DNA of 64,000 nt from Hyaloraphidium curvatum SAG 235-1 (Eukaryota > Fungi > Monoblepharomycota), in contig JAIVFI010000018.1 of assembly GCA_025558095.1 (NCBI GenBank), forward strand, positions 658,380 to 722,379. The letters are read 5' to 3'. Positions 37,123 to 49,627 of the stretch are shown here, piece after piece; the stretch's first letter is position 1; every line of letters starts with the position of its first letter. Under the pieces are notes generated by a model. It ran no database searches. It saw only the letters and a list, made by a program, of their open reading frames with translations, and was not told the origin of the DNA. The position numbers and the translations under genes were made by a program.

Positions 37123-40100
37123 ATGGATCCGCTCACGCTGACGGCGCTCGCCATCTGGGCCGGCGCTGCGGGCGCCGCCGTCCTCGCAGGATTCGTCGCG
37201 GCCGCGCCGTCGGCGACGGTCGAATGGGCGCTGTACCGCGTCGAGTTCGGCGGGCCCATCAAGGCGCTCGGACACGCGACGATCGGCTTCCGTGGGTTCC
37301 TTGCCGTTGCTCCATATTCTTGTTACCTATTCTGACTCGCGGAACGGCATTTCGGTCGGTTCCCCAACCCCGACGCGGCCGGATCACTTTCGCCACTACT
37401 CTTCCGCCGGCAGGCGTGACCCCAATCAATGCGGCCCTCCTGCTACTGATCATCGGCGTTGCCGGCATCGTCGCCACGTTTTCGGCCAAGAACCTCGTCG
37501 GCCAGCACCGTATCCTGCGGTACTGCGTGCTCCAGCTCTGCCTCGTCGGCTCCCTGGCCCTGGCGGTCACCGCCGCGTCGCTTCCCCTTGTTATCCTCGG
37601 CTGGTGTGCCGGCGGACTTGCTGTCGCGTCCCTGGTCTCCCACACGGGCACCAAACCGGCCGAGTTCTCGGCGGCGGTTACTCGGTCTCGGCTCCTGTTC
37701 GGCGACCTCTGCATCCTGATCGCCTTCGTGCTCTTGGGCGTCTCGGTCGGCAGCATGGACCTTGCGGACGTGTTTTCCTTCTCAGTCAACCAGCCCGAGG
37801 GGCCTGCCAACCCTCTGACCACCGCGGCCGTCTTTCTGATGATGATTGGCGGCGGCACCCGGTCCACCTTGGTGCCCTTCTACGATTGGCTGCCCGAGAC
37901 CGCTGAAGCCCCTACTCCGGTGTCTGCTCTGCTTCACGCTGGTACGTTCCTGACCAAACTCTTTGTTGCCGCCGGCACTGAACCTTGCGCTCGTCCAGGT
38001 ATCGTCAACGGCATTGGTGTCTTTGGCCTTCTACTCTGGCCCGTGTTCCGCTCGGTGCCCATCGCCAACTACTTCCTGCTGACCCAAGGTGTCCTCACGG
38101 CGCTATTCGGCATTGCCCAAGCCCGTGTGCGCGCCGACGTCAAGGGCCGCCTTGCCGCTTCGACCACGTCGCAGATGGGGTTCGTGATCACTTGCTCCTT
38201 GGCTGATTCCCGGTTCCTAACTCTGCCCTGCACCAGATACCTCGCCGTGCAGGTCGCTCTGGGTCTTCCGGCGGCCGCATTCACCCACTTGGTCGGCCAC
38301 GGTCTTTGGAAAGCCGGCCTCTTCCTCCAGGCCGGAGGCGCCGTCGAGCGCGTCCGTGCCGCTCCGGATCACCACGTTCACGAGCTCAAGGCCTCGCGCT
38401 GGCTCATCGCTGCTGCCGTCTCGGCTGTCGTAATCTTCCTCGCCCTCCTGCTCCCCGGCCTCATCCACGGCACCTTCGCGATCACTGTTCACTCGACCTA
38501 CGACATCGTCGCCTTCCTCGTGGCGTGGTTCGCCGGGACCTGCGCTCTGGTTCCCGCGACGACACCCAAGGCGTACGCCGTCGTCTGCACGGCCGTGTTT
38601 CTCTACGTGCTCGGCGCCGAGACCATGAACGCCGTCGTCGGCAACCTGAACGAGGTCGACGGCCCGCCCCGCTGGGCCTGGTACGAGTTCCTCGTGATCG
38701 GCATCCTCGTTGCCATCGCCACGGCCGCGGTCTGGATGGACCAGATGATGCGCAAGGGTTACTTCCGGCCCATCGCTTCCTGGGTCGCGCAGACCTCCAT
38801 GCCCCCGATCGGCATCGTCGACTGGTTCGTTCGCCCTCGGCTTGTGGTGCCCGACGACCTGCGCAAGATCCCCGCCCTCAAGAACTCAGCACAGCTCGCC
38901 GAGCCCGTGCGCAGCCGCCACCGCAACTCGTTCACCTCGCGCGACATCATGCCGGACGTCATGCAGGCCATGAACCACGTCGCGCCCGTCTGGCCGCTGG
39001 CCTCGTTCGTCGCTTCCAACCCGCTGGCCGGCCTGGAGGACCTGTCTTTCCGCGACGCGCTGGCTGCCGCTCGCCGTTCGTGGGGTTCCAACACCGGCCC
39101 GGACGCCTTCATCATGCGGCGCGCCGCGGACGAGTGGCGGATCGGCTTGGTCGATGCCGTCAGGGAGCTGGCCCGGGAGCCGCAGCTCCTCGAAGCCGGG
39201 CAGGCCGAGTTCCGCGTCGCCGGTAAGAGTTTCGGCCGCAAGGAGTTCCTGCGCAAGCTCGCGCTCGGCGGGGCCGCCATCCCCGCCGGTTCGGAGGACA
39301 AGATCCGGCAGCTCGTCAAGGACTGGATCCGTGCCGGCAACGAGCTCGAATTCAACTTCCCCTCGGTCCGCACCCCGCTCGAGTCCCTCTGCACGCAGCA
39401 CCGCGGTCTCCGGCCGTACGACGAGCTGGCCCGCACCTTCGGCTCGCTCCTTTTCTCCCGCGTGCTGGGCGACCCTGCCTGGCCGGCCACGGGCATGGAC
39501 GGGCCCGCTACGGGCATCTGGGACGCCTTCCGGTACAAGGCCGCCGCCGGCGCCATCGACGGCGCTCTGGGTCTGACGGGTGCCGACCGCTTCGTGCGCA
39601 AGCTGCCGGCCTCCGCCACCAACGCCCTGCAGATGATGCTGGAGGAGATGGGCGCCGAGAGCGTGGGCGTCGACCGGCCCACACTGCTCGCGCGCTACCT
39701 TGCCCGGGAGCCCGGGTGGCCCGCGCACGTCGCCTGGCGCGTGCGCCAGAACCGGGACCCCAAGGGCGGCGTCGTCGAGATCCTCGCCGTCCGGGTCGCG
39801 CTCGAGGCCGCCATCCTGCTCGCCTACTACAACCGCCAGATCGCCGTGGAGGACGTCGAGGGCGAGCGCGCCCCCCTGCTCGGCGGCGGGCTGAGCAAGT
39901 CGTTCGAGGAGGCCGACGCCGAGGCGGCCGAGGCCGAGGCCGTCGACCGGATGGTGGAAGCCTGCGAGGCCCTGGCCGTGGACCCCGCCGAGCTGCGCCC
40001 CCAGGATGTGGACATTCTGCTCGCCGTGACAGCTTCCGTCGACCCCGTCGCCATCGGTCAGGTCCGCTTCCGGATCCTCGAGGAGGCCTTCCGCGGGAAC

Positions 40101-41822
40101 CTCATCCAGGGCATCCACAAGACCCTCGGCCTCGTTCCCCCGCCTCCCCCGCCGGACGCTCAGGTGGTCTTCTGCATCGATGTGCGCTCGGGTCGTCTCC
40201 GGCGCCAGCTCGAGCACCTCGGCCGGCCTTGGGAGACCTTTGGCGCCGCCGGCTTCTTCGGCCTCCCTCTTCGCCACGTCGACCCCCGCGGCGCTTGCTC
40301 AGATCGGTGCCCCGCACTGCTCATTCCCGACCGCGAGGTCATCGAAGCGGCGCCGTCGGGTCCCGTCAAGCTGGGCATCGCCGAGGCCGCGGTGGAGGAG
40401 ATCGAAGTCAAGGCCGTCGCTCCCTTCGCGTGAGTTGTTCGCGGTCTCATTGCTTTCCTGCCTTTCTAAGCGTTATCCTCGCAGCTTTGCCGAGGCCGCC
40501 GGATGGATCACGGGCCCGCTTTCGCTCTTCCGTACCCTCCTCCCGCCTCTGTACGACCGCTTCTTCGGGACCTCGCGGGTCGTGGGCGAGATGCCACTGG
40601 AGGACGACATCAAGCCCGACGCGGTCGCGGTCGGCATCGAGGACGACAGCCTCTCGCAGCGGCTCCCCGGCTTCTCCGTCGACGAGCTCGTCGGCGCCTG
40701 CGCCAACTTCCTCAACACCACCGGCTTCACCAGCTTCTCGCCCCTGGTCGTGCTCTGCGGCCACGGCGCCTCGGTCGCCAACAACCCTCACGTCGCGGCG
40801 TACGACTGCGGTGCCTGCGGCGGCTTCTCGGGCGACGTCTCGTCGCGCGCCATGTGCGAGGCCCTCAACTCGCCCCGTGTGCGCGCCGGGCTCGCCGCCA
40901 AGGGCATCTCGATCCCCGCCGACACGCACTTCACGCCGGCCGTCCACGACACCACCCGCGACCTAATCCACCTGCTCGAGCCGGCCCGGGTTCCCGAGCG
41001 GCTCCAGGCGACCCTCAAGAAGCTGGAACAGGACCTCGCGACCGCTGCCGACGCTTCCCTCATCGAGCGGTTCCCGGAGCTGCCCGGCGCCCCGATCACC
41101 TCGTCGCTCGACGTCATGCGCCGCCACGTCGCCGTCCGCGCCGTCGACTGGGGTCAGGTGGGTTGATTCGGGGACCGAATCTCGAAGCCGGACCTGACTT
41201 GGCCTTTGCTCAGCCCCGACCCGAGTGGGGTCTCTGCACCAACGCCTGCATGGTCATCGGACCGCGGCACCTCACCAGCCAGCTGAAGCTCAACGGCCGC
41301 TCCTTCCTGCAGTCCTACGAGCCCTCGATCGACACCACCGGCGCCGCCCTCACCTTCCTCATGACGGCCCCACTCGTCGTCGGCCACTGGATTTCGTCGC
41401 AGTACCTCATGTCGACCATCGACCCCGACCGCTTCGGCGCCGGCGACAAGACCACGCACGACGTCGTCTGCGCGCACGACGGCACCCCGAGCCTCCTCAC
41501 CGGCGTGCTCACCGGCGTCCGCGGGGACATCCGGATCGGCCTGCCGTGGCAGGCGGTCTCGGCCACGGCGCCCATCGCGGGGCGCTGGGTCTCGTCGACC
41601 TTCCACGAGCCCGTGCGGCTGTTTGGGATCATCTACGCCAAGACGGCGGCGATCGACGCGGTGCTCGAGGCGCAGGAGAGCATCGGCAAGCTCGTGCGCG
41701 GCGAGTGGCTGCACATCTGCTCGATCGACCCCGAGACCAAGGAGATGCAGCGCCGGATGCCGGGCGGGGGTTGGAAGAAGGAGGAGGCGCTGGTTTACGA
41801 GTCGCGGGAGTCGCTGAACTAA
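37123..41822 (+). CDS. Fused DabB(NuoL/NdhF-like, PF00361)-DabA(DUF2309) putative inorganic-carbon pump, ~1450 aa, 6 exons
   Basis: Introns 37292-37413, 37942-37998, 38180-38236, 40430-40484 and 41158-41213 give a 4353-nt CDS. DabB part: PFYDWLPETAEAPTPVSALLHAGIVN, DVKGRLAASTTSQMGY, HLVGHGLWKAGLFL. DabA part: APVWPLASFVASNPLAGLE, FCIDVRS, ETFGAAGFFG, LCGHG..NNPH..YDCGACGG, HDTT, DWGQPRPEWGL, GRSFLQSY, GDKTTHDV, HEPVRL. Confidence 0.92.
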
Positions 41823-41982
41823 CGGGCTTTCGGGTCGGGGAATTGGGGGACTCGCGTGCATGCTTCTGATAGATTTTCATCCGAAAAAGTGATCGAACTA
41901 GACAAGTCGAATGGGCGATGTATTCCGCAAGGGGATTCGGAAGAGTTGCAAACAGGGCGAGATCGCGACTACTCGGTCTTTC

Positions 41983-42837
41983 CTACGAATCGCACGCCGG
42001 GGCCACGTTCCGCCCCGTCACGTAGAGGGTGTGGAGACCGAGGTCGCCCAGCTCGTGCATGCTGACGCAGAAGGGGCCCTTGGTCCAGCCGCGGTTCAGC
42101 ATGATCCCGCCCATGGGGCTGTAGCTTGGCGCCATCTGGTCTTCCAGGTAGAAGATGGCCTGCGCGACCTGCGGATTCCAATGAGCTCTGGCTGCCAGCT
42201 AGACGGCATGGAGCGGATCCGACCTGCATGACCCTCGCCACCAGCGCCTTGAGCGTGAAGCCCGCGTCCGATCTTTTGGGCGGCCGCACCTCCCACGTCG
42301 TCGCGACCCCCGTGTACGCCGTCCAGGTCACGAACGCCGACTCCGTCCCGGGCAGCACGACATCGTCCGCCTCGGCCAGGTCCGCGAGATCGCGCTCGGC
42401 CTCCCCGGCGGTGAGCGCCGCCGAGTACGGGCGGTACCCGTCCTCCTGCTCGCGGAAGGAGAGCGAGATCTCGCGCGTCTCGCCGCCGTCGGCGACCAGG
42501 GGGACGCTCTTGCGGTCCACCATCCGGATCCCTTCGGGGAACAGGGGCAGCGGGGACTCGTGGCGCGCGGCGAGGTCCTTGCACTCGCGACGGTGCGAGG
42601 GCCAGTTGTCCGTCTGCGGCGGAATCAAGCGGTCAGATGGAGATGGCGGCGGGGTGAGGGGCGGACCTGGCACTGGCGGCTGCAGTAGACGAGCTCCTTG
42701 CAGACAGAGCACTGATAGGTGCCCGGCCGCCCGCACGCGCCGCAGGGCTTGTAGGTCACCTCGTCGGGGAAGATGTCGGGGAAGAGCGAGACCCGCTTGT
42801 CCGGGGAGCGCAGCGGGAACAGCTTGTTCGAGGCCAT
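41983..42837 (-). CDS. MYND-type zinc-finger protein
   Basis: Spliced product reads CGACGRPGTYQCSVCKELVYCSRQCQ|TDNWPSHRRECK. Two introns; stop at 41983-41985. Confidence 0.75.
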
Positions 42838-42928
42838 CTCGAGTCGGCGGATGTTGTTGATGAATGACTCGACCCGAACGGCGGGCGCAGCGCCAGATCA
42901 GCGCTCGCGCTGGCGCACTTCAAACTCA

Positions 42929-44061
42929 ATGAACGTCCCCATGGCACACTCCAAGGCTCCCGGCGTTGCCGGCGACGACATTTCGGCCAAGAACACTGTG
43001 CTCGAAGCCGCAGCAGGCGGGTCTCTTCCCTTCTCAAGCAGCCCGGCGCACCTCACCGACAGCAGGCCTCACCCAGTCCTTCGAGCCCCTCCAGCAGGTC
43101 TGCGCGTGCCTCAACGCGTTCCACGTCTACGCAGGTGCGTTCGTGCTCAGTTTGGAGCGACCGGATGTGACGGTTTGGTCCCGCAGACGACCTCTCGCGA
43201 CACGTGGAATGGGCTTCTCCGGGACGGCGCGGTTCCCCGCCTGAACCGCAGGTAACAATCGATGGACCACATCATTCCACTACTGCGTAGGACTCCGGCC
43301 TCCCGATTCGCCCGGCGCAGCCCTGATCCGCGGCGCCAGAACCACCTGAGCGAGGCCGTACGGCAGTGCATGATCTTCGATTCGGACCGAGGGACGCCAA
43401 GCTCATCGGTGGGCAGGCGCCGTAGTCGAAGTTCAAAGGTTGGGCTTCTGACGTCCAAGATTTCGCGTGTCAACCCACAGGGGTGGAGTACATGGTCTCG
43501 GAGCGGATTTTCGACACCCTCGACGCGGACGAAAAGAAGATGTGGCACTCGGTGGGCTGCCTCCAACAATCGTCCGATTCCCCTCAAACGGACTGCACAT
43601 GCAGCACGTCGCCGAGGTCAAGAGCGGCATGCCGGTGATGCCCAAGCCCGCGCTCGTGCCGGACGCGGTGTGGGAGGCGGCCGAGAACGCGGAGATGGAG
43701 CAGGTCGTCAGGTGGGCCGGCTTATCTCGTTGTCGCACTCGGCTGGCAGCGTGCTGCAACAGCATTGGCCCACAGGTGGTTCGGCAAGACGTACCACTTC
43801 TGGCAGACCGACCTCGGCCACACCTTGCCCCTCGGCCCTCCCAAGCTCATGAAATCGTACGTCCCCGAAGCGGGCATGCCGTGCGAGGCGTGGGACGCGC
43901 GCGATCGGAGGATGGGGATCGATCGGGAGAGGAAGAAGGCGGGGCGGGAGGGGTTCAAGGAGCCGGGGAGGAAGGAGGGGGCGGACGGGTGTTGGGAGGG
44001 CAGGGGCGGGAGGTTCGTGCTCCAGGATGTTCGTTTGGAGGATGGGGAGCGTGAAACTTGA
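42929..44061 (+). CDS. DUF1264 (OBAP-like) family protein
   Basis: Exons read [21 protein letters not shown] and [10 protein letters not shown]...LPLGPPKLM. Many introns; exact boundaries are approximate. Confidence 0.78.
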
Positions 44062-44532
44062 TTTTGCGGCGGACGGAGATGGGCCGGAATGGAATCGGAA
44101 GTCGGTGATCTTCGCCACAGTTTCCCCGCCCATGGTTCGTGGCCCCGGCTCCTGCGCCCCCCAAACGGGCGTTCGAGGTCTCGGAACGACTTTGCTTCAA
44201 ATGTGAGCGTCCATCTGTTATGGCCGATGACCCCTTCTCTCTCGGTTCCCGTTTGGAGCAAAGTCAATGACGTGATTGCGGCAGCCGGGCCCGTTGTGCT
44301 CACAATCGAGGGGAGTCCGCGAAAGAGCCCCGCCGCCGGGGTTCGGAGCTCGGTATATGTCTGCAGACAGCATTGTGCGGGAGGGAGCACGCGATCGGAT
44401 CCCTGCTCGGACCTTCGGAGGACCCTTTCGGAGCGGGCGGTTCCCTTCTGGCGGTGCACACCGAGATCCCCCACGCCATCTCGCCACCGGGCGGGCGTGA
44501 ACGGACCCGCGGCCACGGCGCCCGACGTCGGA

Positions 44533-47500
44533 ATGCCGCGCCGAAGCCGCCTGCCGCGGATTGCGGGGCTCGCGGCGCTGCTCGGCGCGCTGCTGCTCTG
44601 TTTGTCGCCCGCGTCGGCCAACAACAACGGCGTCGTGTGCCGCACGCTGCGCCAGAACGGCGGCGGCCGCTGCACGACGACGCGCTGCAAGAGCACGAGC
44701 ACGCGATGGGCCACGCGGACGGCGACGCGGAAGGTGGGCGCGCGACGCCGAGTCGCCGGCACGCAGCTGACGATCCGATGCCGCGCGGCAGACCACTGTG
44801 ACCCAAAAAGTGACGTCCACGAGCACGCAAAAAACTTCTACAACCACCACGGCCTCGATTTGGGTGGGGAACCCGCTCCGGCAGCGCCCGGCACTCCCTG
44901 AATCACTCCCGTGCAGGTTTTCCCGCTCCCGGACGGAGGGCCGACAATCACAGTGACTCCGACCCAGCTGCCATTTCCTGACACCACGTACACCTTTGTG
45001 ACGACATCTACCGTCTTTGTCAGCGGGAGCACCTTCACGGTCACCGAATCGGGGAACATTGTAGGGATCTGCCGGACGTTCCTCATTCCCAAGCTGACGG
45101 GGGGCTTCTTTCGCTGCAGGAGCTTCCTATCGTCACAAGGACGACCAGTAGGAGGATCGGCGGACGCGCTAGATGCAGCCACTGACCCGATTCCAAAGCC
45201 CTGACCATTACAAGTACTCGGACGACCACCACCGGCTTCGTGCTCGACTGTGAATCGGCGCCGGCCCTTGACGACTCCCTGCGTCGTCCCTTCCGCCGGC
45301 GGCGGCGGCTCCTGCGGCGCGCACCCCGGGGGATCCGCGGCCAAGCGCCCCTGGAGCTGCCCACGGGGGAGCACGTGAACGCCACCTTCCGCCCGATCGG
45401 GATGGACGGACCGGGGCTGTTGTGGGGCGGCATGGCCGTGGCTGCCATCTCGGACGGCGGAACCGAGGACTTCGGGGGCCATCCGGCAGGGTTCTTCGCG
45501 CCGCCACATCTCGAACCGCGGCAGATCGTGCCGAACACCAACAACGGGAACAAGCCGTGCGTGGTCAGGTGCACCTCCTACAAAAGGTGCACGGTGAGGC
45601 GGACAAAGACCCGGACGACCACCCAGAAGTCGACCAAGAAGGTCACCTCGACCAAGCGGACGACCCAAACTGTCGTTGTGACTTCCACGATTCGGACGAC
45701 GGGGGTGGCAAGCGCGACCACCTCGGGAGGTGTGGCGACGATCACCCTGTGGGTTTTCATGGGTATACAGGGTCGCAGATATCGTTCCTGATCTTCCTTG
45801 CCCTGCCGCTCCGCCGCAGCACCATTCCCGGATTGATCCCAGACGTGACGGGCACCTACTTGTTCTCGACTACGACGGAAACCTGTGGGTGCATCGCCGC
45901 CCGACGTAACGGGGCCCAAAGGAGGGAGGCGGGAAGCTGAAATCCGCTCTCTAGTCACGGTGCCAAACGACGCCACGACGACTGTCATCTCTTCGCCGGG
46001 GCCTGCCGCGACGATTACGTCGACCTTGGTGGCGCCCACCACTCCCACGTAGGTCCCTTTGACGTACCCATCTGTTCTGGTAGGCTGACATCCATGGCAG
46101 CGTCACAACCTCGGTCGTCGCGACCATCACCTGCGGCCCCGACCCGGGACCTGCTCCCCCGCCGCCGATCATCGTCACCACGACCACGGAAGCCACGCGA
46201 ACCAACCCCGTGCAGACGCGGACGACCTCGGGCACCACGTCGGGGACGACCTCGGCCTCGCAGACGGCGACCAGCTCGACATTGTCGGAGACATCGTCCG
46301 AGACCACGGTGTGTTGCGCGGATGGTTGATCGCCGTCCAGGAGGGCTAACGGAGAATCGGTTGCTCGTCTAATGTGGGAATCAAGTCGACGCAGACCACG
46401 GTGGGTGCCAGGGTCGGACTGCGTCCTCACAGAGACTGACGGGCGAGGCTTGCCCAGTCCTCCTTCACCGAAACTTCAACGTCCGAGACCGCGACGACCC
46501 TGACCTCCTCCACGAGCAGCCAGACCACCGAGTCGAGCACCTCGTTCACGTCCTCCACGGTGGGCCCGCAACGAGCGAAAAGCATCAGAAGCTGACCCGG
46601 TCCACTTGATCGCAGCAAACGCCCTCTTCGACGACATCGAAAACCACCAGCAGCCTCTCCCAGACGACGAGCTCGACCAGCCGGACCGCAACCACGTCCT
46701 CGCTGTCGCGGACGTCGACTTCGCTCACTTCTTCGACGACCAGCGAGTCCCTAACCTCGAGCACGTCGATCACGACCGAAACTCCGACGACATTGACCGT
46801 GGGTTAGCCATACCACGGGGAGGTGGAAGACTCGCTAACGCTGCATTGCTCCCCTCGCGGTCTAGTTCACGATTACGAGCTCCACATCGCTGACGAGCGA
46901 GACGCAGACGTCCAGCACAGTGAGCGCGACGACCTCGGAATCACAGACCACTTCGAGTCTGTCCGCTACGACTTCATCGACCACCGAAACGCCTTCGAGC
47001 ACGTCAGAGACGACGTCATCGGAGACGGTGGGTGGATGGATTGCTGTCCCGTCATCTCCTCTGATATATGGCTGTGCAGCTCACGAGCTCATCCTCGACC
47101 TCGCTCACGGAGACGTCATCGAGCCTCACGGCCACCACGAGCTCCCTCTCTCCGACCTCCTCGTCGCGCACGCGGACCTCGTCGAGCTTCACACCCAGCA
47201 CCTCGTCGCGCACGACCAACTCGCGCACTCGCACGACCTCCTCCGAGACCCGCACCTCGTCCAGCCTCACCCAGACCACGAGCTCCCGCACCCGCAGCTC
47301 CACGACCTCGTACACCTCCACCCTCTCCCTCCTCTGCGTCGAGTCGCCCCCCGTCAAGCCCCCCGTCGGCGGCTCCGACCCGTGGAGCGGCTCCCTCGAG
47401 GCCGAGGCGCCCATCACGCCCCCGGGGGTCACCTTCCAGTCCAACACGGGCGGCGACGGCTGGGACCTGGGCTTCCACGAGGACGGCGAAAGGATTTTCA

Positions 47501-49299
47501 ACATCTTCCACCACAAGACGCCGTGGACGCTCGACTGCCACATCAAGTGGAACGGTGCGCGGTGCGCGGGGGGTTACCCGTTCAAGGCGCCGAGCACGGT
47601 GGCGTCGGTGTTCCAGCCGCACACCTTCTTCAGCCCCCTAAACCCGAACCTGATCATCTCCTGGGTGGGCCTCTCCGAGCCCGAAGGCCAGAGCTCCTCG
47701 GGCATCATGGCGATCGACGTGGGCGCCAAGGGTGCCACCCCCAAGATCCTCGGCACATACAAAATGACCCGGCCCGGGTTCGGCTCGCGGCCCACGGGGT
47801 TCGGGGGGGACTACGGCCCCACGGGCGGGGTCGTGACGGGGAACCTCTTCTGGGCGGTGAACAACGCGCAGAATGCCGGGTTGGACGCGGAGCGCAACGC
47901 AATGCTGTGCTTCGATGTGGCGGCAGGGCAGGAGTGCCCCGGGTCGCCGTACCCGATCGCGTACCCGGCGGGGTGGAAGAACGCGGCGGCCGTGACGGCG
48001 TGGCTCATGCTCGCGGGGGGGAAGTTCTACGTGTTCAACCCCGGGACGATCGGGAGCACGAGGTCCAACGTGGTGACGTGCTTCGACCCCCGGGCGGCGG
48101 ACTACAGGTGCGCCGGGACGGCCTGGCCTCAGATCGCGCCGGCCAACACGAGCTCCGATGGGAGCTCGCGCGCCTCGGACCTGTTCCCGTACGTGCCGCG
48201 GGGGACGCCCGAGGGGGTGTGCGTGGGGGGTGTGAGCCAAGAGAACAGGACCAACACGGGCAACGCGTACTGCTGGACCCTGGCGGGGGCGCCGATCGGC
48301 TGTGGGTTGCCGCGCGGGATGGGGGGTGATCGGTACTGACCATTTCGACCGCAGTCCTGCGGGGTCTCAAGACGGCGGGCCTCAAGTGGTCCGGCACCTC
48401 CGGCGCCCTCTTCCAAAGCACAAAGCTGCTCCTTCCCTCCGCCAGCGGCGTCCAATGGTATGTCCCTCGGCACGCACGTCGCCCGCGATCTCTGATCGCC
48501 CCGTGCGCAGCTTCGATATGGCCACGGGCGCCACCTGCCCCGGCTACCCCATCGCCGGCCTCGCGCCGGCCAACGAGACCACCAACGGGTGGTACAGGAC
48601 CTACACCATCCGCCAGGAGACGCCGACGTGCTACTGGGCCAACGGGGACGCGGGGAACATGTGGGTCCCCCGGTTCGGGCGGAGGGGATAGGGACTGACG
48701 CGCGGCTGGCAGCTGGAACTTCAATCCGGTAACGAGGACGAGGGGATGCGGATCGCAGCCGACGGCGTTCGGTGGGCGGTGTGACGGCAGCGGACGGGAG
48801 AAATCGCTGACGTCCAGCCCCCATGACAGACAACTTCGCCCCGATTGAGCTGACCGACCCGGCCAAGTGCACGCAGAACATCACCGCCTGGGAGACATTC
48901 ACCCTCGTCAGCGTCGAGGGCGCCTGTGGGTTCCCCCGCCTCCCCCCGGCACCGGCTCGGCGCCCCCTGATTGATCCGCCACAGACGCCGCGGCCAACAT
49001 CACCTTTTTCGACAAGGGCGGCGCCGCCGTGCCCGGTCTCACGAACGTCGCGCTGTCCCGCCCGCCCGCCAGCGTGTCGCTGGCGTCGCTCTCGCCGGCG
49101 GCGACGGGCAACAACCTCCGGTTCGAGATCAAGTTCTCGGGGCTGCAGTGCCAGGTGTGCAAGTTCAGGTACCGCGTGACGTGTGGGTGCTCCTCCCGCC
49201 GCGCTCGGGGCATGCGGCGCGGTTCTGATCGGCCCCGCAGTCAAGTCGACGCCGCAGATCTGCTGCAACGCCAACATCGTCGTGCCGGGGAGCTTCTAG
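44533..49299 (+). CDS. Large secreted multi-exon Ser/Thr-rich (mucin-like) protein with Cys-rich C-terminal domains
   Basis: Signal peptide MPRRSRLPRIAGLAALLGALLLCLSPASA. Two basic Cys/Thr-rich modules (~44630 and ~45560), an S/T stalk (~46200-47330) and a Trp/Cys-rich domain ending QICCNANIVVPGSF*. Could be more than one gene. Confidence 0.6.
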
Positions 49300-49627
49300 C
49301 CCCTAACCCGGGCGGCGCGACGGACCGCCTTTGGAGGTCGGGATCCGGATCCGACAAGAAGTGCTCTGTCATATCTTATTCTATCGAAATCTTGTTCTTC
49401 GTAGCGTGCACGCCGCGGCCGGCCCCCCGAGCCGGGCCCTCGGTGGATCGCCCTACCCGGGTCGCTCCCGGGAAAACTAGCGCGTTAAACACCCTGAGTG
49501 TTCACGGCCGTGCCTCCGCCGCCGGCCGATCGCGCCCCCCATACTCTTCGCCTTCCCAACCCGCCTTCCGCCAGCTCATCCCATCGATCCCCCTCCCGAC
49601 GCGTCTTGCCCCTTGCCGATCGCCCCC

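Noticed and set aside
36921-40433. 1170-aa ORF taken as the full protein, or as complex I subunit ND5/NuoL or a NUMT
   Set aside because: It reads through introns and lacks the true first exon (ATG 37123) and the last two exons. The DUF2309 fusion, spliceosomal introns and nuclear codon usage identify DabB rather than ND5.
46200-47330. Tandem repeat or CRISPR-like array
   Set aside because: This is Ser/Thr low-complexity coding sequence with no repeat-spacer structure.
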